A DNA stretch of 64,000 nucleotides. It comes from Thermoplasmata archaeon. Lineage in GTDB: Archaea; Thermoplasmatota; Thermoplasmata; GCA-020350865. Under the pieces are notes generated by a model. It was not told the origin of the DNA. It worked only from the letters and a program-made list of their open reading frames with translations, and did no database searches. The DNA is taken from NCBI GenBank assembly GCA_020348445.1, contig CP070751.1, positions 3,436,248 to 3,500,247 on the forward strand, given 5' to 3'. The position numbers and the translations under genes are program-made. The number at the start of each line of letters is the position of its first letter. Positions within the stretch are counted from its first letter, which is position 1. Below, piece after piece: positions 57,192 to 64,000 of the stretch.

Positions 57192-57419
57192 TTGGATGTA
57201 CAAACGAAGATACTCAATGAATTCAACACAAAATATGATGAAATAAAAGAGAAAGTTGCAGATATAAACAAACTCTTCCTTGAACTGACAAATCAACACA
57301 TGACGCTCAACGAATCGTTTTACATTGTTAAGAAGGACTTAAATTTGCTCCATAACGAAATGGATTCCATCAGAAAGTTTAGAGATCAACTTAAGCGAGA
57401 GTTAGGCATCGTTGATTGA
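57192..57419 (+). CDS. Small coiled-coil protein
   Basis: GGAGGTGA SD before TTG; heptad pattern. Confidence 0.65.
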   Translation: MDVQTKILNEFNTKYDEIKEKVADINKLFLELTNQHMTLNESFYIVKKDLNLLHNEMDSIRKFRDQLKRELGIVD

Positions 57420-57623
57420 GAGGTAAGTCACTTTCGGATATAAGGGCTAAAGGCATAACTTTGGGAGCGTCTTCCAAGGGCGACAATGGGTAACGGAATT
57501 AAACAGTATCTGGAAAATAATGCTATTGCTACAATAAATTTGTTGTTCATGAGACCAGTATATTCGAGAATAAAAGCATGTGTTCTGAATGTATATAATC
57601 TAAACAACCAAGAGGTAGAAAAC

Positions 57624-57794
57624 ATGTTAATGAAGGTTAATGTTGATTGATGCGACGGATGCGGTGCATGTGTGGAGGTATGCCCAAATGAGGCGATCAT
57701 TCTCAATGAATATGCACACGTGGATGGGGAGGAGTGTGCAGAATGTGAGGCCTGTATAGATGAATGTCCTAATGATGCAATATCGATGGACTGA
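57624..57794 (+). pseudogene. 2x[4Fe-4S] ferredoxin interrupted by an in-frame TGA at codon 9 (pseudogene, sequencing error or read-through)
   Basis: Not in the ORF track; reads MLMKVNVD*CDGCGACVEVCP...CAECEACIDECPNDAISMD*; AGAGGT SD; TGA at 57648-57650. Confidence 0.85.
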
Positions 57795-57859
57795 CTCCCA
57801 TTACTTGGTACAATTGAACGTTGATTAGAAAAAAAGATACATGAGGAAGTTGATGAAAC

Positions 57860-59158
57860 ATGATAATAAAAGAAGCTAAGGAAGGGTATTTATCACCAGA
57901 GTTTTTGGCCGCTGCGAGACATGAGGGTATAGACCCAGAAAGATTGAGACGGTTGGTAGCCTCAGGTCGTGCTGTCATACCTAAGAATGTAAATCATCAC
58001 TTCAGCGAGATAAGAGCTATAGGCGAGGGGCTAAAAGTCAAAGTTAATGTGAATCTGGGCACATCAAAAGATTATATCAACCTTGATGAGGAACTTGAAA
58101 AATTAAGGATAGCTGAGAAATACGGTACCGATACGATAATGGATCTCAGTACGGGGGGCGACCTACGAGCCATAAGGAAGCGTATCATAGGAGATAGTAA
58201 TCTGACGGTCGGTACTGTACCAATTTATGAGGCGGGTATATCTAAGGCCAAGCTACCAAGCAAGGCTGTTGTGGATATGACCGAGGACGATATGTTCAAT
58301 ACATTAGAGCAACATGGAAAGGATGGTGTGGATTTCATCACGGTACACTGCGGGGTCAATAAAACTAGTATTAAGCGCCTGAAAAAGCAGGGCCGAAGCA
58401 CAGGTGTTGTGTCCAGAGGTGGTTCCTTCCTTCTAGCGTGGATGCTACATAACGATGCTGAAAATCCGCTGTACGCAAATTACGATTATCTCCTTGAAAT
58501 CGCAAAGGAGTATGAGATGACAATTAGCCTTGGTGACGGTCTGCGGCCAGGTGGTATTGCAGATGCAACTGACAGGCCTCAGATAGAGGAGCTCATTACA
58601 CTTGGAGAGCTCGTGGACAGGGCTAAGGCGGCTAATGTACAGTCGATGGTCGAAGGACCAGGACACATACCTATCCATCAAATAGCCACAAATGTCCAGA
58701 TTCAGAAATCTCTATGCAGGAATGCTCCATTCTATGTTCTAGGTCCGATTGTGACCGACATATTCCCGGGATACGATCATATAACCTCTGTAATTGGTGC
58801 GGCGATAGCAGCCATGACAGGTGCAGATTTCCTTTGTTATGTAACACCTGCGGAGCACTTAGCTCTCCCAACTGTTGACGACATCAAGGAAGGGTTAATT
58901 GCGATGAAGATAGCTGCACATGCAGTTGATATCTCAAGGGGAATTGATATACACCTCGATCATGAGATGGATATTGCCCGATATGCTTTAGATTGGGATA
59001 AACAGTTTGCATTGGCTGTGGACAAAGAAAAGGCGAACATGTACCGGAATCAGAGAAGACCAAGAACAGATGAAGTTTGTTCCATGTGCGGTGATTTCTG
59101 TGCTATAAAGATGACCAAAGATTATCTCAATAGTGATATTAAAACAGTAGATGTATAA
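57860..59158 (+). CDS. thiC: ThiC-family radical SAM enzyme (HMP-P synthase, or its paralog BzaA/B/F)
   Basis: KVNVNLGTS, MDLSTGG, SRGGS, GDGLRPG, EGPGH, DHIT, EHL, CSMCGDFC. Confidence 0.88.
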   Translation: MIIKEAKEGYLSPEFLAAARHEGIDPERLRRLVASGRAVIPKNVNHHFSEIRAIGEGLKVKVNVNLGTSKDYINLDEELEKLRIAEKYGTDTIMDLSTGGDLRAIRKRIIGDSNLTVGTVPIYEAGISKAKLPSKAVVDMTEDDMFNTLEQHGKDGVDFITVHCGVNKTSIKRLKKQGRSTGVVSRGGSFLLAWMLHNDAENPLYANYDYLLEIAKEYEMTISLGDGLRPGGIADATDRPQIEELITLGELVDRAKAANVQSMVEGPGHIPIHQIATNVQIQKSLCRNAPFYVLGPIVTDIFPGYDHITSVIGAAIAAMTGADFLCYVTPAEHLALPTVDDIKEGLIAMKIAAHAVDISRGIDIHLDHEMDIARYALDWDKQFALAVDKEKANMYRNQRRPRTDEVCSMCGDFCAIKMTKDYLNSDIKTVDV

Positions 59159-59181
59159 GAAAGCCCTTTGTCATGGCTTTC
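59159..59181 (+). terminator. Hairpin immediately after the thiC stop
   Basis: GAAAGCC-N9-GGCTTTC. Confidence 0.35.
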
Positions 59182-59293
59182 CTCAGAAGTGAACAAACCG
59201 TGTGCACTAGTATAAGGAATTAAAAGACATCAATCCAAGTATAAGAGCCCTTGTCAAAATAATTGGAGATGCAAGCTTCGGGGTGAATAAAAA

Positions 59294-59746
59294 ATGAAAT
59301 TAACTTTCGAACAGGTTGTATTTGACGAAAATGGCAACTTAAAGCTCATGCCTGATGAGAGATTATTGGCAAAAAAGATGCTCTCGTGTTTTATTTATCT
59401 AAAGGGGCTTCAACTGAAAAGGGGCTCCGCTCCAGCCGCGATTTTCTTTACAGATTCAGGGATTATTTATAGAACAGATCAAAGAATTATATGCACTAAA
59501 ATCCTGGACGAAGGGGTTGTGGAAGATGATGTATGTATCGAAGTGCCCCTTGATGAGATTATAGCATGTAGGAGGAGTCTATTCCGTCTAACGCTCGTTT
59601 GCAGGGAATCGAATGGGGATATATATTTCATCGACCTGATTCCTCGAAAATCAGCCAAGGAATTTTTGGGTGAGGTGTTAAATATAAACATGAGGTGTAA
59701 AGTTGAGAGAGAAATTTTCGTGCCAAAACCCTCAAAAAGGAGTTGA
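59294..59746 (+). CDS. Hypothetical protein (possible PH-like fold)
   Basis: GGGGTGA SD; beta-rich core ending in a helix; fold guess only. Confidence 0.65.
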   Translation: MKLTFEQVVFDENGNLKLMPDERLLAKKMLSCFIYLKGLQLKRGSAPAAIFFTDSGIIYRTDQRIICTKILDEGVVEDDVCIEVPLDEIIACRRSLFRLTLVCRESNGDIYFIDLIPRKSAKEFLGEVLNINMRCKVEREIFVPKPSKRS

Positions 59747-59775
59747 AAGCTGCAGGACTTCCATAAATTATCGCT

Positions 59776-60324
59776 ATGGCGGACGTTAGCATGATGAATT
59801 TAAGAATACATAATCTCGTTTGTACAACAATAATAGCTGAGAATCTCAATTTAGAGCGTATTCACAATATGATGAAGGAGGTAAAATACAATCCTAAGAC
59901 ATTCCCGGGACTAATTCTACGTTTAAAAGATCTGAAAACCACCCTGCTCATTTTTAAAAGAGGACGGGTTGTATGCACTGGTGCAAAGGACATAGAAGAT
60001 GTTAATCGAAGTATACGAACTCTAATCAAAATTCTTGAGACTGCAAACTTTGAGGTGAATAAAAATCCGAAGATTACAATTCAAAACATCGTGGGAACAT
60101 ACAATTTGGGCATTTGGTTGAATCTAAATAACGTTGTAGTTAGACTGGGCTTGGAGAATGTAGAATACGAACCCGAGCAATTTCCGGGTCTCGTGTACCG
60201 TATTGATGAGCCCAAAACCGTTCTATTGCTTTTCCAAAGTGGAAAAGTCATTTGCACCGGTGCAAAACAAATCGAGGACCTAGAAATCGCTATAAATAAA
60301 CTCAAAAATAACTTATTCATATAA
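59776..60324 (+). CDS. tbp: TATA-box-binding protein, divergent
   Basis: Two repeats: YNPKTFPGL..LLIFKRGRVVCTGAK and YEPEQFPGLVYR..LLFQSGKVICTGAK. Confidence 0.95.
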   Translation: MADVSMMNLRIHNLVCTTIIAENLNLERIHNMMKEVKYNPKTFPGLILRLKDLKTTLLIFKRGRVVCTGAKDIEDVNRSIRTLIKILETANFEVNKNPKITIQNIVGTYNLGIWLNLNNVVVRLGLENVEYEPEQFPGLVYRIDEPKTVLLLFQSGKVICTGAKQIEDLEIAINKLKNNLFI

Positions 60325-60325
60325 C

Positions 60326-61348
60326 TTGAGGCTGAAGTTCATGAACATAAGAAGGAAGATATCTATCTCGATAATAACGATCATCAGCATTTTTATAATA
60401 GGGTTCTTACTTGGAGCAACTATCTTTACAGGATATCTTGAATACTCGGAACATAGCTTCATTCCCGGTGAAATCTCTGCTCCTACTTGGGAAGCTGGAA
60501 AATACTGGACATATTCTTTCAAGACTCCGGAGATAGAGGATGTAATATCAAGAATCGTTGTCGCTTCCGATGATGGGGTAGATTATCTGGTTGGCGTGGC
60601 GTCTCGCCTCGATGCGCAGCGGCATGCTGTTCTGAACTACAACCCTATGCTCGGCAGAATAGCGATGAGGAACCTTTCTATCTACGAGAAAGGGATACCA
60701 CAGCCCCTCTTCTCATTTCCTTTGAAGAAAAACTCCCAATGGACTTTCTCAATGTTTGACGTAGAGGAGTTTAAAGCCAAGGTGATTTCAATAAGATCTG
60801 TCAACCTGCCCATTAATGGGAGCACTATCCTTGTCGATATTGAAGCTACTGCACCAAGTGGAGAATTACTCACTTATTCATATGATACCTCCGCAGAGTG
60901 GATACGCTCATTAATGTTTGAAGATTCCTCAGGAAACGTTATTCTTGATATGACCTTAGTTTCATATGGTATGGGTTTTGCTGGCGAAGTTTACTTCATT
61001 CGCGCACAAGATCTTTTTAACGAAACTTACACCTCAGAGCGAGGTTCTCCTGCCATGGATTTTTATAATAGCTTCTATGATCTGGGCCATCCGAATTGGG
61101 GACCGTGGGATTATCTTGTCTACTACTATGAGGTCATTACTGGGGAAAATTCTGGGGAAACAATAACAGTGACCGACCCATTATCAAAGGAGACTATGAG
61201 ACGTATTATTAGTCCAAACACCTTTGAAAGTACCTTGGGCACCATCCCAAGTGAATCCGGAGAATGGAAGGTTTCAGTGGTTCTTGGTGGTGAATCTTAT
61301 CTCAGATTACGAATTGCCGGAGGAATTGAATATATCTGGACCGTGTAG
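60326..61348 (+). CDS. Secreted/membrane-anchored hypothetical protein
   Basis: RRK plus hydrophobic N-terminal helix, beta-rich body; start may be ATG 60341. Confidence 0.8.
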   Translation: MRLKFMNIRRKISISIITIISIFIIGFLLGATIFTGYLEYSEHSFIPGEISAPTWEAGKYWTYSFKTPEIEDVISRIVVASDDGVDYLVGVASRLDAQRHAVLNYNPMLGRIAMRNLSIYEKGIPQPLFSFPLKKNSQWTFSMFDVEEFKAKVISIRSVNLPINGSTILVDIEATAPSGELLTYSYDTSAEWIRSLMFEDSSGNVILDMTLVSYGMGFAGEVYFIRAQDLFNETYTSERGSPAMDFYNSFYDLGHPNWGPWDYLVYYYEVITGENSGETITVTDPLSKETMRRIISPNTFESTLGTIPSESGEWKVSVVLGGESYLRLRIAGGIEYIWTV

Positions 61349-61616
61349 TTGGATTTACAAATCTTTAACATATTGTCTAAAAATCTTGAGTTCTTAAGTA
61401 TTTAACCTCATAATTTAATATAAAATCTTTTAGCAGAATTTATTATATTATTTTATTGAAACAAGAATATGTTACTATTTGATGTTATTTTAAATATTTA
61501 TTAATCATATGTAACAAAATGTTATTACCAACCTCTATACTGTCTCAAATACATTAGGTTGACGAGAGCAATAGAAATGAAATAAAAAGATGGGGGAAAC
61601 TTTGTTATGAAATAGA

Positions 61617-62165
61617 ATGGAGTTGCGCATCGATATGACAGATGAAGTGGAAGTAGTGGAGAAAAAAGCGAAATTGGTAAACCCTGAGTTTGTTGAGGAG
61701 GTGATCAAAGCCGGTGCTGTGAGTGTCAATCTGTGTTGGCAGTGTGGGACGTGCACCGCTAGTTGTCCTTCAGGATTGCATACTGCTTTTCGAGTAAGAA
61801 AATTGATCCGTAGAGTCCAATTGGGGTTCATGGACGAAGTCCTGCCAGCGGATGATATGTGGATGTGCACAACCTGTTATACATGCCATGAGCGCTGCCC
61901 CCGCGATGTGAAAATCCCAGAGATCATATTCACTTTACGAAATATGGCAGTTAAAATGGGCTACATGGCTGAAACGCATAAAAAGGCTGCGACTTTGTTA
62001 GTAAAAACAGGTCATACTATACCCTTGGATGATAAAGCAAAGGCGCTCAGGAAAAAGGTTGGGCTGATTGAGACGCCATTAACAACACTATCCAATTCAG
62101 AAGCATTAGAAGAGGTGCAGAAGATCCTCAGGCATACCGGTTTTGACAAAATAGTAGGAGCGTGA
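61617..62165 (+). CDS. hdrC: Heterodisulfide reductase subunit C
   Basis: CWQCGTCTASCP, WMCTTCYTCHERCPR, TGH..P, ALEEVQKI..TGFD tail. Confidence 0.93.
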   Translation: MELRIDMTDEVEVVEKKAKLVNPEFVEEVIKAGAVSVNLCWQCGTCTASCPSGLHTAFRVRKLIRRVQLGFMDEVLPADDMWMCTTCYTCHERCPRDVKIPEIIFTLRNMAVKMGYMAETHKKAATLLVKTGHTIPLDDKAKALRKKVGLIETPLTTLSNSEALEEVQKILRHTGFDKIVGA

Positions 62166-63031
62166 TATAGATAGTCAATTATACCTTCTTTCCAGGTTGT
62201 GTGGCCCCATTACGTTACCCGGGCATCGAGAGTGCAGCTCGTGCTGTGTTGAGTGCATTGGATGTACAATTCTCGGATTTAAAGGATGTGTCATGCTGTC
62301 CTGCACCTGGAGTTTTTCGTTCATTCGATCAGCAAACTTGGTTGGCGATTTCTGCAAGAAACCTCGCGCTCGCAGAGGTGCAAAATGCGGATATCATCAC
62401 GATATGTAATGGTTGTTTTGCCTCCCTATTTGAGGTAGCATATATATTAAATAATGATAGAGAAAAGTTGGATGAAATCAATGCAATTCTCGCTGATATA
62501 GATCTTGAATATAATTGCACTACCAATGTTAAACATTTTGCAGATATACTTTTTAAGGATATAGGCGTTAAAAAAATCGCCGATTCGGTAAATTATCCAT
62601 ATAAAAATTTAAAAATCGCGGTGCATTATGGCTGTCATTTTCTTAAACCTTCCAATGTAAAAAATATTGATGATCCCGAAAGACCGATGATTCTTGATAA
62701 ACTTGTTGAAGCTGTAGGTGCCACAAGTGTCGATTATATGGATAAAAACCGCTGCTGTGGTGCCGGCGGGGGTGTGAGAGCAAGAGCGAAAGAAGTAGCA
62801 TTAAAAATGACTGCTGATAAATTAGAAAATATTGAAAAGGCAGGAGCGAACTGCATAGTCGACATCTGTCCATTTTGTCATCTCCAATTCGATATGGGAG
62901 CAATGGAGTTAGGTAAAACAAACATCCCTGTGGTTAATCTAGCGCAGTTATATGGATTAGCATTTGGAATTGATAAGAGTAAATTAGGATTGGATATACA
63001 GGCGGTACCAATAAAATTAGACAAGGGGTAG
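62162..63031 (+). CDS. hdrB: Heterodisulfide reductase subunit B (true start upstream of the called GTG 62201; see findings)
   Basis: YTFFPGC, RYPGIE, SCCPAPG, CNGC, VHYGCH, CCGAGGG, CPFCHLQFD. Confidence 0.92.
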
Positions 63032-63035
63032 TTAT

Positions 63036-63209
63036 TTGATTGGTAAATTGAAGGAAAGAAAAGAAGATGCGAAGGATCTTTGGAGGATGCTCGATGCTGA
63101 TATAAAACACGTTAACCTGGATTGGATATCAGCATCAGAAGGCGAAAAATTTGTTGAGGTCATGACCGAGTTTGTCTATAAAGTTAAAGGGTTATACATG
63201 AGCCCCTAA
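63036..63209 (+). pseudogene. mvhD: C-terminal fragment of MvhD (methyl-viologen-reducing hydrogenase delta subunit)
   Basis: 57 codons from TTG: ...HVNLDWISASEGEKFVEVMTEF...SP*; no Cys. Confidence 0.8.
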
Positions 63210-63238
63210 ACCACCATAAAGACTGGGGAGGTAAGTTA

Positions 63239-64000
63239 ATGACCGATGGATACCCTCCTTTGATATTGGAAAATAAGGCTTACTATTGCGTAGAATGTGG
63301 AAAATGCAGTTCTATATGCCCGATGAATAGAGGAGAACATGGGATATCTCCCAGGAGGATCGTCAAGAAAATACTTGAAAATTATGAGATTGAGGTAATC
63401 GAGGATCAATGGCTTTATTCATGTCTTATTTGTGGTCTTTGCGATGAGGTTTGTCCGTCTATGATTTCCTTTTCGACGCTTATAAGGGAACTGAGGCATA
63501 GAGCACTACAAAGCGGGAATAGAAAGCTCTGCTCTAAATCAGGGTTACTTTTACAGGTTGGGGGCATAATGATGCGCCCCTCTCTGAAGCAAAACCGCCT
63601 TGACTGGCTGCCGAAAGACACAAAGATTTCGGAAAAAGGTGATATAATGTATTTCGTAGGTTGTCTGCCCTTTTTTGATGTGATATTTAAGGATATCGAT
63701 CCAAAAACTATTGACATAGCAAAGGGAACCTTAAGGATGCTAAATGCAGCAGGAATTGAGCCTATTGTTTCTAATAATGAACGGTGTTGTGGACACGATC
63801 AACTTTGGTCTGGTGATATTGTAGAATTCGAATTTTTGGCCAAGCTTAATGTCGAACATTTCAAGGAGCTTGGAATAAAAAAGCTGCTAGTTTCATGTCC
63901 GGAATGTTATGAGACTATAAGCAAGTACTATCCTAAATATATCGGTGATTTGGACTTTGAAGTCATTTACACCATGGAATATATCTCAGAGCTTATTGAT
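63239..64000 (+). CDS. HdrD-like Fe-S/CCG-domain oxidoreductase, 3'-partial
   Basis: Not in the ORF track (runs off the window); GGGGAGGT SD; CVECGKCSSICP, CLICGLCDEVCP, YFVGC, ERCCG, SCPECY. Confidence 0.9.
   Translation, partial: MTDGYPPLILENKAYYCVECGKCSSICPMNRGEHGISPRRIVKKILENYEIEVIEDQWLYSCLICGLCDEVCPSMISFSTLIRELRHRALQSGNRKLCSKSGLLLQVGGIMMRPSLKQNRLDWLPKDTKISEKGDIMYFVGCLPFFDVIFKDIDPKTIDIAKGTLRMLNAAGIEPIVSNNERCCGHDQLWSGDIVEFEFLAKLNVEHFKELGIKKLLVSCPECYETISKYYPKYIGDLDFEVIYTMEYISELID

Noticed and set aside
57795-57859. SECIS element after the ferredoxin
   Set aside because: Only a weak 4-bp CAAT/GTTG stem with GAA in the terminal loop; lacks the long GC-rich stem and GAA/A internal loop of archaeal SECIS.
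57420-57860. TPP or cobalamin riboswitch upstream of thiC
   Set aside because: Core motifs (GGG..CTGAGA..ACCTGA; GGGAA..GCCACTG) are absent, and most of the space is occupied by the ferredoxin frame.
59150-59260. Imperfect direct repeat TATAAG(AA)AGCCCTT(T)GTCA after thiC
   Set aside because: Short, two copies, AT-rich context; nothing else supports an att site or array.
61349-61616. Very AT-rich gap before hdrC as replication origin or array
   Set aside because: No ORB-like repeats with G-strings, no adjacent orc1/cdc6 and no periodic repeats.
1-64000. CRISPR array or cas genes
   Set aside because: No run of equal-length repeats with unique spacers; the 258-bp and TSP3 repeats are protein-coding, and the 65-bp repeat has only two copies.
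1-64000. Genome-wide reassignment of TAG or TGA
   Set aside because: Many well-conserved genes end at TAG (HAD phosphatase, PIN toxin, GNAT, hdrB) or TGA (trm56, mre11, rad50, lhr) at the expected C-terminus.
1-64000. Transposase, integrase, reverse transcriptase or intein
   Set aside because: No DDE, Y1/HUH, tyrosine/serine recombinase, YxDD or intein splice motifs recognised; infB, hel308, lhr and rad50 have normal uninterrupted cores.

Overview
Archaeal chromosomal window with GGAGGTGA-type ribosome-binding sites, many leaderless-looking TATA promoters and ATGA/GTGA-coupled genes. The inferred lineage is Thermoplasmata-like (Thermoplasma-type TBP, trm56 next to an HD-domain gene, NosD/thrombospondin surface proteins). 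Housekeeping content: intron-containing tRNA-Phe(GAA), trm56, taw3, aIF5B, rpl1-rpl10-rpl12 with an L1 autoregulatory leader, hel308, an mre11-rad50-nurA-herA operon, MPE-lhr, rpiA, gdh and an acyl-CoA dehydrogenase. Accessory content: two large paralogous surface proteins, a VapBC-type toxin-antitoxin pair, a Rab-like GTPase, and a 56-64 kb block (ferredoxin, thiC-family gene, divergent TBP, hdrC-hdrB-mvhD fragment-hdrD-like). Most notable: (1) a ~100-nt two-hairpin intergenic element in three copies (15.5, 37.3, 50.5 kb) with compensatory base changes, lying outside the neighbouring promoters, which I cannot assign to a known family; (2) a Rad50 with no CxxC zinc hook and a PIP-box-like N-terminal extension; (3) several start/stop anomalies in the Fe-S block (in-frame TGA in an otherwise intact ferredoxin, hdrB needing an ATA start or TAG read-through, mvhD lacking its Cys ligands); (4) an exact 65-bp duplication of the tRNA-Phe 5' end around a hairpin-rich 48-bp insert. 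No CRISPR array, rRNA, transposase or integrase was seen. All alignments and pairings were done by eye.
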